A DNA stretch of 59,100 nucleotides from Flavobacteriales bacterium (lineage in GTDB: Bacteria > Bacteroidota > Bacteroidia > Flavobacteriales_F > PHOS-HE28): NCBI GenBank assembly GCA_041745875.1, contig JBGTIB010000234.1:1-59100 (forward strand), written 5' to 3'. The position numbers and the translations under genes were made by a program. Position 1 is the stretch's first letter. Every line of letters starts with the position of its first letter. Below, one piece after another: positions 29,564 to 42,962 of this stretch. The notes beneath the pieces were generated by a model. That model was not told the DNA's origin. It ran no database searches and was given only the letters and a program-made list of their open reading frames with translations.

Positions 29564-30988
29564 CTAGCCGAACAGGTGCCCAAGCACCTCGTTCACCTGC
29601 CCCACCTGCACCAGTTCGATGCCCTTGACCGGGCCGATGCCCTTGGTACCCTTGGGCAGGAAGATCCGTGCGAAACCCAGCTTGGCGGCCTCTGCGATAC
29701 GCTGTTCGGTGCGGGTCACGGGGCGGATCTCACCGCTCAGGCCTACCTCTCCGCAGAACACGGTGTCCATGGGGATGGCGATATCTGCGTTGCTGCTTAG
29801 CACCGCGCACACAACGGCCAGGTCGATCGCGGGCTCTTCCACCCGGAAGCCTCCGGCCAGGTTGAGGAACACATCCTTCTGCCCCAGTCGGAAGCCACAG
29901 CGCTTCTCCAACACGGCCAGCAGCATGTTCATGCGGCGCAGATCGAAACCGGTCGCGCTGCGTTGGGGAGTGCCATAGACGGCGCTGCTCACAAGAGCCT
30001 GCACTTCGATCAGCAGTGGTCTCTGACCTTCGAGTGTGGCACTCACCGCCACGCCGCTGGGCCGTTCGCGGCGGTCGCCGAGCAGTACCTGGCTGGGGTC
30101 CTCAACAGCCGAAAGACCGATGCCCTGCATCTCGTAGATGCCCAACTCGTTGGTGCTTCCGAAGCGGTTCTTCAGAGGGCGCAAGAGCCGGTAGGCATGA
30201 TCGCGGTCGCCTTCGAATTGTAGTACGCAATCCACCATATGCTCCAGCACCTTGGGCCCGGCGATGAAACCGTCCTTGGTGATGTGGCCGATCAGCACCA
30301 TTGGGATGTCGGTTGCTTTCGCGAAACGCATCAGTTCCGCAGTGCATTCGCGCACCTGCCCCACGCTGCCTGGGCTGGCTTCCAGCGATGCCGTGTGCAA
30401 GGTCTGCACGCTGTCGATCACCACCAGCCCCGGCTTCAGCGCCTCGATGTGCTTGAAGATGTTTTGCGTGTTGGTCTCCGTGAGCACGAAACAGCCGCCA
30501 TTCGCTGCTGGCCGCTGGCCATTGGCTTGGCCGTTATCGGGACCGGCCAATGGCGAATGGCCTGAGGCCAGCAGCCTTTCCGCGCGCATCTTCACCTGGT
30601 GCTCACTCTCTTCTCCGGAAACGTACAGCGTCTTCAGGTGCGGATTCCGCAGGGCGGTCTGCAGCAACAGCGTGCTTTTACCGATGCCCGGTTCACCTCC
30701 GATCAGCGTGATGCTACCCGGCACCAAGCCACCACCCAATACACGCGCCAACTCACGATCATTCAGCAGTATGCGGGGGCCATCCTGTGCCGGGATGTCG
30801 TCGATGGCGATCGGCTTCGGGTTGCGGCTCTTTACGCTTTCGGGTGTTCCGCGCTTCTCCTCCACGCGATCCACGATCTCCTCCACAAGCGTGTTCCATT
30901 CCTTGCATTGGCTGCATTGCCCCAACCACTGCGCATGACTGGTGCCGCAGCTTTGGCAAACGAACTTGGAGCGGACCTTAGCCGCCAT
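29564..30988 (-). CDS. radA: DNA repair protein RadA/Sms
   Basis: C4 zinc finger, [14 protein letters not shown], Lon-like C-terminus. Confidence 0.98.
   Translation of the reverse strand: MAAKVRSKFVCQSCGTSHAQWLGQCSQCKEWNTLVEEIVDRVEEKRGTPESVKSRNPKPIAIDDIPAQDGPRILLNDRELARVLGGGLVPGSITLIGGEPGIGKSTLLLQTALRNPHLKTLYVSGEESEHQVKMRAERLLASGHSPLAGPDNGQANGQRPAANGGCFVLTETNTQNIFKHIEALKPGLVVIDSVQTLHTASLEASPGSVGQVRECTAELMRFAKATDIPMVLIGHITKDGFIAGPKVLEHMVDCVLQFEGDRDHAYRLLRPLKNRFGSTNELGIYEMQGIGLSAVEDPSQVLLGDRRERPSGVAVSATLEGQRPLLIEVQALVSSAVYGTPQRSATGFDLRRMNMLLAVLEKRCGFRLGQKDVFLNLAGGFRVEEPAIDLAVVCAVLSSNADIAIPMDTVFCGEVGLSGEIRPVTRTEQRIAEAAKLGFARIFLPKGTKGIGPVKGIELVQVGQVNEVLGHLFG
30500..30572. repeat. Inverted pair of heptamer tandem arrays, in-frame inside radA
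   Basis: ATTCGCT GCTGGCC GCTGGCC ATTGGCT ... GGCCAAT GGCGAAT GGCCTGA GGCCAGC. Confidence 0.65.
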
Positions 30989-31487
30989 GGCGGATCTTCT
31001 CGACGGTCGCTGTGGTGGAATAACCCTCCACCAGCTTCAAGCTGCGCACCTCGCCTCCATTGTTCCGCACGTATTCCGCGCCCACGATCTGGTCCTCGGT
31101 GTAGTCACCGCCTTTCACGAGCACGTCGGGCCCGATGTTCTGGATCAGTTCCAGCGGAGTGTCCTGGTCGAAGAGCACGACGGCATCCACCAAGCGCAGC
31201 GCTGCGAGCACTTTGGCCCGGCTGGTCTCATCGTTGTACGGGCGGCCACTGCCCTTGCCCAAGCGTTGCACACTGGCATCGGTATTCACGCCGATCACCA
31301 AGCGGTCGCCCAAGGCAGCGGCTTCGTGCAGGTATTCCACGTGCCCCCGGTGCAGAATGTCGAAGCAGCCGTTGGTGAACACGATGCGGTCGCCCTTCAT
31401 GCGCCAGATGTTGCACAGGCGCTGCAACTGGGTCAGGTCCACGATGCGTTTGTCAATTGGGTCGGTGGCGACCATGGTGCTCATCAT
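30978..31487 (-). CDS. rfaE2: D-glycero-beta-D-manno-heptose 1-phosphate adenylyltransferase (RfaE domain II)
   Basis: [26 protein letters not shown]; ATG overlaps the upstream stop. Confidence 0.92.
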   Translation of the reverse strand: MMSTMVATDPIDKRIVDLTQLQRLCNIWRMKGDRIVFTNGCFDILHRGHVEYLHEAAALGDRLVIGVNTDASVQRLGKGSGRPYNDETSRAKVLAALRLVDAVVLFDQDTPLELIQNIGPDVLVKGGDYTEDQIVGAEYVRNNGGEVRSLKLVEGYSTTATVEKIRHGG

Positions 31488-32512
31488 TCGGGCGATTTCC
31501 GGTTGTTGGAGATCAAAAGTAGAGATATGCCTCCTAGCACGATGACCATTACGGTTTGCGCCACCCAAAGCAACCACCCCATGGCCAGGGCATCGGGTCG
31601 AAGTAGTCCGCCGCCTTCCGGTGGGGCCATATATACACTCACGATCAGGGCTACGAACGCGGGATATACACCGATGCCTCCCTGTACGAGGATGATCCCC
31701 ACGGAACCCGCAATAAAGCCCGCCATGATCCCGGCCGGGGGTACTTCCGCAGTGGTCTCCAAGGCAAAGAATCCAACCCAGAACATGGCCACATAGAGGC
31801 CCCAGATGAGCAATGTGTGGGCGATGAACGGGATCTTGTCCGGGGTCAGGAACACCGAACGCAGCCCCTCCATCAACCCCCGGATCCCATCGCGCAATCT
31901 GGACCTTACCGCTGGTCTTTTCATGACCAGATAAGCTCCGGTCACAAGGCTCAGAACAACGACCGGGACCATGATCCATACCAGTCCCCATCCATTGCTC
32001 CCCTCCGTCCCGGCACGTTCGTCACGGAAGAATAGGATGCGCTCCTGGAGAAGTTCCAGTTTGTCGAGTTGAAGAAGAAGTGTGACCGCCGTGATACAAG
32101 CCAGCACTACCATATCCACGGCTCGCTCGGCCAGGATGGTCCCAAAGCCCTTCTCGAACGGCACGCCTTCGCTCCGGTACAAGAGGACGGCCCGGGTGGC
32201 TTCCCCGGCACGGGGCAATAAGAGGTTCATGAAATAGCCCGACATGGTGGCATTGTAGGCGTTCCAGTAACCGGGGCGATGACCCATGTAGTTGAGCAGA
32301 TACCTCCACCGCCAGGCGCGGCTCATATGACTACACATGCCACACAGCACGCTCAACCCCAACCACCACCAATTCGCCTCCCGGAAGGCCATGAACAACT
32401 CGCCCCGTTGTTGTTCATCGAGTTGCTTGTAGAAGTAATGTATGAGCCAGATCCCGAGGCCCACCGGAACAGCTATCCTGAGCCCGTTGAGCAGGGCCTT
32501 TCGCATGGTCAA
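31484..32512 (-). CDS. Lysylphosphatidylglycerol synthase TM / flippase-like protein
   Basis: [29 protein letters not shown]; polytopic. Confidence 0.88.
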   Translation of the reverse strand: MTMRKALLNGLRIAVPVGLGIWLIHYFYKQLDEQQRGELFMAFREANWWWLGLSVLCGMCSHMSRAWRWRYLLNYMGHRPGYWNAYNATMSGYFMNLLLPRAGEATRAVLLYRSEGVPFEKGFGTILAERAVDMVVLACITAVTLLLQLDKLELLQERILFFRDERAGTEGSNGWGLVWIMVPVVVLSLVTGAYLVMKRPAVRSRLRDGIRGLMEGLRSVFLTPDKIPFIAHTLLIWGLYVAMFWVGFFALETTAEVPPAGIMAGFIAGSVGIILVQGGIGVYPAFVALIVSVYMAPPEGGGLLRPDALAMGWLLWVAQTVMVIVLGGISLLLISNNRKSPE

Positions 32513-32868
32513 CCCTTGAGCTTGTTCGTATGCTCGTTCGGGAACACCACCGTGGGCCTGAAGGTGCGTGCCTCTTCGAGGGGCATCGATCCATAGGCGA
32601 TCACGATCACGATGTCGCCGACCTGTGCACGCCGGGCAGCCGGGCCGTTGATGCTCACGATCCCGGAACCGCGTTCTCCGAGGATGATATACGTCTCGAT
32701 CCGTTCGCCATTGTTCACGTTCACCACCTGAACCTTTTCCCCTTCCACCATGCCAGCTGCGTCGATCAGGTCCTGATCGATCTGGATACTGCCGATGTAA
32801 TTGAGCGCCGCCTGGGTGATGGACACCCGGTGGATCTTGGCGCGCATGACTTCAATGTTGATGGGCAT
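32509..32868 (-). CDS. panD: Aspartate 1-decarboxylase
   Basis: KIHR, YIGSI, NNGERIETY, INGPAAR; TACATTTG promoter at 32889-32896. Confidence 0.96.
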   Translation of the reverse strand: MPINIEVMRAKIHRVSITQAALNYIGSIQIDQDLIDAAGMVEGEKVQVVNVNNGERIETYIILGERGSGIVSINGPAARRAQVGDIVIVIAYGSMPLEEARTFRPTVVFPNEHTNKLKG

Positions 32869-32921
32869 GCTTGTGCGTGAAGTGGCCGCAAATGTAGATC
32901 CCCCTGACTTGGAGGTAGCTC

Positions 32922-33767
32922 TCAGCGCACCAGGGTGATGTTGTCGATAAGGCGTACCGGCCCTACCGTGGCGGCCACCAGGGCGATGGCATGGTCCAGC
33001 TGGCCCCAGTCGTTCAATGGGGCCAGCGTATCAGGATGTGCAATGCCGAAATGGTCGACGACGATGTCCGGTTCCGCTGCAAGTTCGAGCAACGCAGCCC
33101 CGCGTGTGTCCTGGACCGAGTTTTTGAAGGCCATTTGTGATGCGGCCTGAAGGGAGCGGTACAGCACGGTCGCACTTTTGCGCTGGGGCTCGCTCAGGCG
33201 CTGATTGCGTGAACTCAGTGCGAGCCCATCGGGCTGCCGCAGGGTTGGGCATGGGATCACCTCTTCGGGCCAGTGCAGGTCCGTGGCCACGTACCGGATC
33301 ATCGTCAGCTGTTGACGGTCCTTCTCACCAAAGTAGGCCCTATCCGGTCTTACATAGTGGAAAAGGCGCTCAACCACGTTCGCCACACCCTGGAAATGCC
33401 CTGGGCGGGAGGGACCTTCCCAATGTTGATCCAAGCCACCCAGGTTGAATACAGCAGGTTTGAAGTCCTTGAACAGGGCATCGTCCGTAGGACTGAACAG
33501 TACATGGCAGCCCACTTCCTGTAACAGTTCACGATCCCGACCCGGTTGGCGCGGGTACTTGGCAAGGTCTTGTTGGCTGTTGAACTGGAGCGGGTTCACG
33601 AAGATGCTGCAAACCACTTTGTCGCAGGCGTCAAGTGCGCGCCGCACAAGCTCCAAGTGCCCCTGGTGAAGGGCACCCATGGTGGGCACGAAGCCCACGG
33701 TACACCCGGTTCCACGCATTGTGGCGGACCATTCGGCCGCATGGCTCGGAATTGCGATAATTTCCAA
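32922..33767 (-). CDS. panC: Pantoate--beta-alanine ligase
   Basis: VPTMGALHQGH, SIFVNPLQF, RPGHFQGV, FGEKD, GLALSSRN, RLIDN. Confidence 0.97.
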   Translation of the reverse strand: MEIIAIPSHAAEWSATMRGTGCTVGFVPTMGALHQGHLELVRRALDACDKVVCSIFVNPLQFNSQQDLAKYPRQPGRDRELLQEVGCHVLFSPTDDALFKDFKPAVFNLGGLDQHWEGPSRPGHFQGVANVVERLFHYVRPDRAYFGEKDRQQLTMIRYVATDLHWPEEVIPCPTLRQPDGLALSSRNQRLSEPQRKSATVLYRSLQAASQMAFKNSVQDTRGAALLELAAEPDIVVDHFGIAHPDTLAPLNDWGQLDHAIALVAATVGPVRLIDNITLVR

Positions 33768-33872
33768 TGTCGGCGCGGGTTCCAGGGGTGCGTGTAGGGG
33801 GCGAAGCTAGCGTCCTTGTTGATGGTCCGGGGAAAAGTCTATATTTTTGTACTCAGAATTCCCCATCCCATC

Positions 33873-34694
33873 ATGAGTTTGAAGAACGCGAAGGTCCTGA
33901 CCATCTCTCAATCCATCCACCCATTCCTGGACGGTCCGGAGGACATGGCCAAGGCTACCCGCCAGCTGCCGCAAGGCATTCTGGAGTGTGGGAACGAGAT
34001 CCGGGTGTTCATGCCGAAGTTCGGCTGCATCAATGAACGCCGGCATCAACTCCATGAGGTCATCCGCTTGAGCGGCATGAACCTGATCATCAACGACACC
34101 GACCATGCCCTGCTGATCAAGGTGGCCAGCGTACCCAGCGCACGCATGCAGGTGTACTTCATCGATAATGAGGAGTACTTCAAGCGCAAGGCTGATACCC
34201 ATTGCGGGGAAGGCACCTTCTACGCCGACAATGACGAGCGTGCGCTCTTCTTCGGAAGGGGTGTATTGGAAACGGTGCGCAAACTCGGCTGGGTGCCGGA
34301 CATCATCCACTGCCACGGTTGGATGACGGCCTTCGTGCCACTGTATGTGCGGCACTACTTCGCCGATGACCCCCACTTCGAGAACGCAAAGCTGATCTAC
34401 AGCGCCTATGACCAAAAGGTGGAAGCCTTGGATAAGGACCTGGCCAAGAAATTGACAATGGAAGGCTTCGACAAGGATCTGCTGAAGGGCCTGGCCAAAC
34501 CCACCACGGATGAACTCCAGAAGTTCGCCATGGGACTGAGCGATGGTGTTGTGAAGGCAAGTCCCAAGCTGAACCGCGGCATGGAGACCGCCATCAAGGC
34601 CTACGATCGCCCCATGATGGTGAGTACCGGCGCGGACATTGTCCAGGAACATGCCGAGTTCTACAACAGTGTGTTGGAGGAAGCCTTGGTCTGA
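33873..34694 (+). CDS. Glycogen/starch synthase N-terminal domain (GT5-like) protein
   Basis: RVFMPKFG.INERRHQLHEVIRLSG, DNDERALFF, PDIIHCHGW; TATTTTTG promoter at 33842-33849. Confidence 0.88.
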   Translation: MSLKNAKVLTISQSIHPFLDGPEDMAKATRQLPQGILECGNEIRVFMPKFGCINERRHQLHEVIRLSGMNLIINDTDHALLIKVASVPSARMQVYFIDNEEYFKRKADTHCGEGTFYADNDERALFFGRGVLETVRKLGWVPDIIHCHGWMTAFVPLYVRHYFADDPHFENAKLIYSAYDQKVEALDKDLAKKLTMEGFDKDLLKGLAKPTTDELQKFAMGLSDGVVKASPKLNRGMETAIKAYDRPMMVSTGADIVQEHAEFYNSVLEEALV

Positions 34695-34709
34695 GCATCA
34701 TTGAAGACC

Positions 34710-36056
34710 ATGAGCGCACAAGCATCGGCACGGCCCGCCCCATGGGTCGTGCCGTTCTTTTTCCTGTGGGTGATCAGCACAGGCTGCACAAAACCGGATA
34801 AGGACCTTGGTCTGGACCTGCTACCCGGGGATCCGTTGGGCATACTGGTGGATACGGCTACGTTGCATGTATTCACATATGCTGATAGTGCGATACGCAC
34901 CAGCGGGCTCACGCGTAACTTGTTGGGCTCCTATCTCGATCCGCAGTTCGGTCATGTGAGAGCAGGGATCGTTGCCCAGGTCAGGATCAGTGCGAACAAC
35001 ATCGGGGAGGGACAGGATAACAGCGGTCTGGTCGCCGACAGTATCGTGCTGGCCCTGGCTTTCGATGGCTCCACCTATGGCTATGGCGGTCTGAACCCCC
35101 AGGTGTTCAATGTCCACGAAATATCGGAGAACTTGTCCCCGGACTCGCTCTACGAGAGTGACCATGTGCCTGCTACGGTACCAGGCGACCTTGTGCACGA
35201 ACGTGGCAGGCGGATCACGCCTCGCCCCCTGGCCCAGGTGATCGCCGGTGGAGATACGTTACCACCCCAGCTTCGCATCCGCCTGGACAACGCCCTGGCC
35301 GACCGCTTTCTGGACGCATTCGGTACGGATCTTTTGTCGGACAATGCCAGTTTTCTGGACTTTTTCAAGGGTTTGTATATCACGGTCGACAATGGCCAAC
35401 AGGTGCCGTTCCAACAAGGTATCCTCTATTTCAACCTGCTGAGTGCGGCCTCCAATGTCACTTTGTACTACAGGAATACGCTCCTGCCGGATCCGGTTCC
35501 CGTGAAACTCGAATTTCCGATCAACCAGAACAGCGTGCGTTACACGGTCGTGGAACACGATCATGCCCAGGCACTGGATCTTGGATTGGCCATGGCCCTT
35601 TCCGATACCATCACACCTGCGGAACGCGCCTATGTGCAGGCTTTGGGCGGGCTGCGTACGGTCATCCGGTTCCCACACGTGATGGACTACGCACAGTCCG
35701 GTTCGGCGCTGGCCAAAGCAGAACTCGTAGTGCCCGTGGGCGACACTTACAATGCCTACCTCGTGCCCCCAGCACAATTGTTCCTTTTCCGGAGGGATGA
35801 TGCGGGGGTGGAACAGTTCCTTCCTGACCAGACCGGCGGCATTGGCTCGATCGGGGGGAATTTCAGTGCTGCTGCACAGGAGTATCGGTTCAACATCACC
35901 CGCTATGTTCAGGGCGTGCTCAATGGTTCCATCCCGGGCGGAGGTGTGGAAATGGTGGCCGCAGGCAGTGGAATATCAGCGAACCGAGTGGTCCTGGCGG
36001 GCCCTGCCGCAGAAGGCAACGCCATGCGACTGCGCCTTACATTTACCACCTACTGA
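34710..36056 (+). CDS. DUF4270-family lipoprotein
   Basis: STGC lipobox, LLGSYLDPQFG, FFKGLYI, YRFNITRYVQ; usual position between the GT5 gene and glmS. Confidence 0.8.
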   Translation: MSAQASARPAPWVVPFFFLWVISTGCTKPDKDLGLDLLPGDPLGILVDTATLHVFTYADSAIRTSGLTRNLLGSYLDPQFGHVRAGIVAQVRISANNIGEGQDNSGLVADSIVLALAFDGSTYGYGGLNPQVFNVHEISENLSPDSLYESDHVPATVPGDLVHERGRRITPRPLAQVIAGGDTLPPQLRIRLDNALADRFLDAFGTDLLSDNASFLDFFKGLYITVDNGQQVPFQQGILYFNLLSAASNVTLYYRNTLLPDPVPVKLEFPINQNSVRYTVVEHDHAQALDLGLAMALSDTITPAERAYVQALGGLRTVIRFPHVMDYAQSGSALAKAELVVPVGDTYNAYLVPPAQLFLFRRDDAGVEQFLPDQTGGIGSIGGNFSAAAQEYRFNITRYVQGVLNGSIPGGGVEMVAAGSGISANRVVLAGPAAEGNAMRLRLTFTTY

Positions 36057-36066
36057 AATCACGCGC

Positions 36067-37911
<1,845 letters not shown>

Positions 37912-38175
37912 ACTTAGCCTTCTTGTGGTCGGCTCGCACGCACTCCATGTTGATCTGAAATGTTGTAGGCTGCGTTCTCGTTGGTGGACCGTTACACGCA
38001 TCTTTGGGGAAAAATATACCCACTTCGTGGAGGCGTCGGGGAAAGATCGCCACATGTGAATAGCAACGGGTATATCATTACGGGCAAATGAACGTATGGA
38101 CCAAAGTTGGCAGAGCGCGCGTCAAGCGTTGACCACGTGAACTGCGAGCATGCGACTTCAACGCAACCGACGCTC

Positions 38176-39375
38176 TTGAATAACATATTCCGCCGCATTA
38201 CGTCTACGGGACGTTATATCCCGGAGATCGACGGATTGCGCTTCATTGCGATAATAAGCGTACTTCTCGTGCATGCACATGCCTGGCTTGTGGCGCACTT
38301 GGGCATCACCGATGTAACGCGTATCCAGGGACTCAGCACCCTGGCTCCCTGGCTGATGAGAGGAGGGTACGGGGTGCCGATCTTCTTTGTGATCAGTGGC
38401 TTCATTCTCTCATTGCCCCTTTTGCAGGGGGGAGCGTTCAGTTACCGCACATACCTGCTCAGGCGGCTCACCCGGCTAGAGCCGCCTTACATCATTTCGA
38501 TGATGCTCATTTTCGTGTTGCTCCTCATCACCGGGAAGTACACGTTCAACGAGATGCTGCCTGAATTCCTGGCCTCCCTCGTCTATCTCAACAACATCAT
38601 CTTCCCAGATACGCTGCCCATGGTGAACGGGGTGACGTGGTCCCTGGAGATCGAGGTGCAGTTCTATCTGTTATGCCCGGCGTTGGGGTTATTGCTGCGC
38701 AACAACAAGTACCAACTGCTCTACTACATTCTCCTCCTCCTGATCGCACTGGCGGTCCAGAAGTGGGCTGAACCCGACTTCCTATCCCTGATCTCCGTCG
38801 GATCCTACTTCCTCTTGGGCTACGTGCTGGCCTATGCCTACTTGCGCAAGCCTCTGTTCAGTCTGCCTCCCTTGGCTCGCGATATGATCACCCTGGCTTC
38901 GTTCATCACGATCTGGGCGCTCCTGATCCCCATTGGTACGGACCGTTCCGGATCTTTCATCTGGTATATTCTGGAACATGTCAATCTGTTCCTGTTCTTC
39001 TATATGGTCGTCGTGCAACGTGGCTTGCCGGCGGTTTTCACCGCTCCGGTCATTGCCACGATCGGTGGCATGTGTTATAGCATCTATCTCCTTCATTTCG
39101 CACTTTTCTCGGTGCTGGGCAGGGCATTGGTCACTTTGGACCTGTTCGAGGACACCACCACCACCTATTATGTTTCCATGGTGCTGCTGCTGTTGGGCGC
39201 AATAGGTATTTCTTCCGTGTTCTACCTTTTGTTGGAACGCCCATTCATGCAACGCGACTGGCATCGCAAGTGGATCGGACGCTTGCGTGGCATCCAGGAC
39301 TATGGAGCATCGGGCCATGCGCAGACCTTGGAACCGGAGTTCAAGGAGGAGGTGCCGCCGCCGCGGTCCACATGA
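38176..39375 (+). CDS. Acyltransferase 3 (OafA-like) membrane O-acyltransferase
   Basis: IDGLRFIAI, FFVISGF, RRLTRL, WSLEIEVQFY, YSIYLLH, ERP; start uncertain (TTG). Confidence 0.9.
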   Translation: MNNIFRRITSTGRYIPEIDGLRFIAIISVLLVHAHAWLVAHLGITDVTRIQGLSTLAPWLMRGGYGVPIFFVISGFILSLPLLQGGAFSYRTYLLRRLTRLEPPYIISMMLIFVLLLITGKYTFNEMLPEFLASLVYLNNIIFPDTLPMVNGVTWSLEIEVQFYLLCPALGLLLRNNKYQLLYYILLLLIALAVQKWAEPDFLSLISVGSYFLLGYVLAYAYLRKPLFSLPPLARDMITLASFITIWALLIPIGTDRSGSFIWYILEHVNLFLFFYMVVVQRGLPAVFTAPVIATIGGMCYSIYLLHFALFSVLGRALVTLDLFEDTTTTYYVSMVLLLLGAIGISSVFYLLLERPFMQRDWHRKWIGRLRGIQDYGASGHAQTLEPEFKEEVPPPRST

Positions 39376-39736
39376 AAACACGACCGTTGTTCCGGTATGG
39401 GTCCAAGTCCTTGGTCAGCAACAAATGGCCAAGGTCCAGCAAGACCAACACCCCGAATCCGCCGAAGGTGAGCCCATAGATCACGGCGACCTTGGGTGTG
39501 GTACCCAGGTAGAGCCGATGTGCTCCGAAAGGACCAAGGAACAGCGCCAGGGTACTTCCAACAAGACGGGTGTTCTCTCCTCCGGTTGAAGCAGTGTCCG
39601 CAGTAAGTTCATCAGGCATTTCGTCCAAAACCAGGATCCATTCGGCTTGTCGAAATGGGCCACCCGCATCCACGTCGACACTGAATAGCAGCGCCAAGGC
39701 AAAGAGGGTCATCGGCAGGATCCTACACTCCTTCAT
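39341..39736 (-). CDS. TM2 domain protein
   Basis: LALFLGPFGAHRLYLG; start uncertain. Confidence 0.75.
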   Translation of the reverse strand: MKECRILPMTLFALALLFSVDVDAGGPFRQAEWILVLDEMPDELTADTASTGGENTRLVGSTLALFLGPFGAHRLYLGTTPKVAVIYGLTFGGFGVLVLLDLGHLLLTKDLDPYRNNGRVFMWTAAAAPPP

Positions 39737-39804
39737 GGCGTTGAAAAGCAACGGGCGTTGTGGAACGACCCCACAACGCCCGCTGAATGTACCGTGCCAG
39801 GAAC

Positions 39805-40413
<609 letters not shown>

Positions 40414-40543
40414 GTTCGTCGTTGATTAGGATTGGTATGTCGAGAATCGGCACAAAGATAGCCATCGATGAAGGCCTCATTATGAGGATATTGGTGGAAC
40501 CGTGTAGCTTTGGACGCACTTTCACCAAAACGCACCAATCAGT

Positions 40544-40795
40544 ATGATCAAGAAGTTCGCATTGCTGGCCACGATGGCAGCACTCTTCGTTGCTTGCGGG
40601 AGCAGCAATGAAGCCGAAATGGAAGCCAAAGCCCAGGAGATCGAGGCTGAAGCCCAACAGATGATGGACAAGCTCGAAGCCGAGATGAACGCCGCTGCCG
40701 TGGAGGCCGAGGCCAACATCGATGAGGCTGTGGAGAGTGTCGAAGAAGCCGCCACTGAAGGCGTTGAGCAGGTGGAAGAGACCGTTGCCGAGTAA
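40544..40795 (+). CDS. Small acidic Ala/Glu-rich lipoprotein
   Basis: MIKKF..LFVAC lipobox; own promoter TAGCTTTG (40505-40512) and terminator. Confidence 0.85.
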   Translation: MIKKFALLATMAALFVACGSSNEAEMEAKAQEIEAEAQQMMDKLEAEMNAAAVEAEANIDEAVESVEEAATEGVEQVEETVAE

Positions 40796-40815
40796 TTCGA
40801 TCCTGAACAATAAAG

Positions 40816-40847
40816 AACGGGGTCGTTCCGAAAGGAACGGCCCCGTT
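40816..40847. terminator. Probable bidirectional terminator
   Basis: 14-bp stem AACGGGGTCGTTCC-GAAA-GGAACGGCCCCGTT (one G-T pair) between convergent genes. Confidence 0.75.
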
Positions 40848-40872
40848 GTCGTTACAGGGTGGCTCTTTGTGG

Positions 40873-42495
40873 CTAAGCCCCCGCGCTGAGTTCCTGGCTG
40901 GCGCGTTTGAAGATGCTGTCCGTATCCAGCATGATCTCGTAGAACCCTGAATTTCCCCAGAGGTTACGGGCGATCCCGGCTTTCAACCGGATGGCGATCT
41001 GGCGCCGTGAGCGTTCAAGGTCGCCGGGTTCCTCCACGATGCCTTGTCCTTCGGCGAAACGCCCCAGTTCGCTCAACAATCCATCACTGATCTCATAGCT
41101 CTGAGCAAAACGCTCGTGCGAACCATAGCTCAGCAGCTTGTCACGGTCGCGATCGGCCACGTCGAAGGCGAACTGGTTCAGGGTGCCACTGAAGAACAGA
41201 CGCGTGAGGTATTGGGAGCCCTCGGCGGTATCGGCCGGCACGAAGATGTCGGGCATCACACCTCCACCACCGAAGACCTGACGACCATTGCGGGTGTAAT
41301 GGATCTGGCTGGAATCGATCCGAATGCTATCCGCCGAGAACAACTCACCATGGTCGGAGCGTGAATCGAAGTCATCCAGGTAATCGATCCCTTCACCATA
41401 GGGTCGTTGGATGGAACGCCCCGATGGCGTGTAATACCGCGCGGTCGTCAGGCGTATGGCGCTCAGGTCCGGCAGGTCCACATGCTCCTGGACCAGCCCT
41501 TTGCCGAAGGAGCGCCGCCCTACCACCAGTCCGCGGTCGTTGTCCTGGATGGCTCCGGCGATGATCTCGCTGGCCGATGCCGAGCCCTCGTCGATGAGCA
41601 CGGCCAGTGGAATGTCCTCGAATCGACCCCGCGCCGATGCGGTGATGTCACGTCGGGGCGAATGACGGCCCTGGGTGTACACGATGGTGTTGCCATCGGC
41701 CAGGAACTCATCGGCCAGCTCGATGGCTGAATTCAGATACCCTCCACCATTGCCCCGCAGGTCGACCACCAGGCGCTGCATGCCTTTTTCCTTTAGATCA
41801 ACGGCGGCGTTCATGAACTCCTCGTGCGTGTTCTTGGCAAAACGCACCAGTTTGATGTAGCCGGTCCCATCCTTGGATATCAAGGATGCCGCCACACTAT
41901 GGATGGGGATCTTGCCGCGCTTGATGGTGACCTCGAACGGTTCCGCCCGTCCGCCCCGCAACAGGTTCACGGTGACCTCGCTGCCCTTGGGACCACGCAG
42001 CAGTTTCATCACACCGTCATTGGTGATCCCCACGCCTGCCAGCTTGGAACTGTCGGCTGCCAGGATGCGGTCCCCGGCACGGATCCCGAGTGCTTCACTG
42101 GGACCACCCTCCACGGCTGCCACCACCACCACCGTATCACGTTGGATCGAGAATTCAACGCCGATACCATCAAAACTACCCTCGAGTGGTTCCTGTGCCG
42201 CACGCAGTTCCGCAGCGCTGATGTAGTAGCTGTGCGGGTCAAGGCGTTGCAACATTTCCTGCAGAACTTCTTCCACCAGGGCGTTCTTCTCCACGGTGTC
42301 AACATACTGCCGGTCTATCAGGTCCAACACCTGGCTGATCTTGTCCGCTGCGGAAGGTTGGCGCAACCTCAACATGGTCAGTGGCCCCGATCCATTGGAA
42401 CCCATGTCCTGCCCGATGAACAGGCCGGCCACCAATGCCAAGGAAAGCAACAGCGGATAAAGTGCGGATACAGGTCGTGAAGAAGGGTTCGACAT
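40873..42495 (-). CDS. S41 family C-terminal processing peptidase
   Basis: LDPHSYY, PDZ domain, DLRGNGGG, SASASEI, GRRSFGKG, TARYYTPSGRSIQ. Confidence 0.95.
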   Translation of the reverse strand: MSNPSSRPVSALYPLLLSLALVAGLFIGQDMGSNGSGPLTMLRLRQPSAADKISQVLDLIDRQYVDTVEKNALVEEVLQEMLQRLDPHSYYISAAELRAAQEPLEGSFDGIGVEFSIQRDTVVVVAAVEGGPSEALGIRAGDRILAADSSKLAGVGITNDGVMKLLRGPKGSEVTVNLLRGGRAEPFEVTIKRGKIPIHSVAASLISKDGTGYIKLVRFAKNTHEEFMNAAVDLKEKGMQRLVVDLRGNGGGYLNSAIELADEFLADGNTIVYTQGRHSPRRDITASARGRFEDIPLAVLIDEGSASASEIIAGAIQDNDRGLVVGRRSFGKGLVQEHVDLPDLSAIRLTTARYYTPSGRSIQRPYGEGIDYLDDFDSRSDHGELFSADSIRIDSSQIHYTRNGRQVFGGGGVMPDIFVPADTAEGSQYLTRLFFSGTLNQFAFDVADRDRDKLLSYGSHERFAQSYEISDGLLSELGRFAEGQGIVEEPGDLERSRRQIAIRLKAGIARNLWGNSGFYEIMLDTDSIFKRASQELSAGA

Positions 42496-42500
42496 GGGCC

Positions 42501-42950
42501 TCAGGAGAGTTCCAATTTACGTACGATCAGGCCACCTTTCTCCAGCAGTTCCAAACCAGATGGGTCCTTATATGCATCCACGTATACGAGGCGTTTGATA
42601 CCCGCCTGTAAGATCAGCTTGCTGCATTCCTTGCAGGGCGAGTGCGTGAGGTATAACGTGGCACTGCGCGCATTGTTGGTACTACGGGCAACTTTCAGGA
42701 TGGCGTTCGCCTCGGCGTGTAACACATACCAGTACGTGGTCCCGCTCGGGTCCTCGCAATCATTGGGAAAACCGGTGGGTGTGCCATTGTACCCATCGCT
42801 GATGATCATGCCATCCTTCACGATGATCGCACCAACCTGCTTGCGCGTGCAGTGGCTCAACTTGGCCCACTCCAAAGCCATGCGCATGTAGGCCCGGTCG
42901 TAGCGGTCCTGCTTGGCAGGGTCAGGGTAAACGAGGTCGTTCTGCTGCAT
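42501..42950 (-). CDS. dCMP deaminase family protein
   Basis: GYNGTP, HAEANAI, SPCKEC; start moved to ATG 42950. Confidence 0.93.
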   Translation of the reverse strand: MQQNDLVYPDPAKQDRYDRAYMRMALEWAKLSHCTRKQVGAIIVKDGMIISDGYNGTPTGFPNDCEDPSGTTYWYVLHAEANAILKVARSTNNARSATLYLTHSPCKECSKLILQAGIKRLVYVDAYKDPSGLELLEKGGLIVRKLELS

Positions 42951-42962
42951 CGGGAGGGCATT

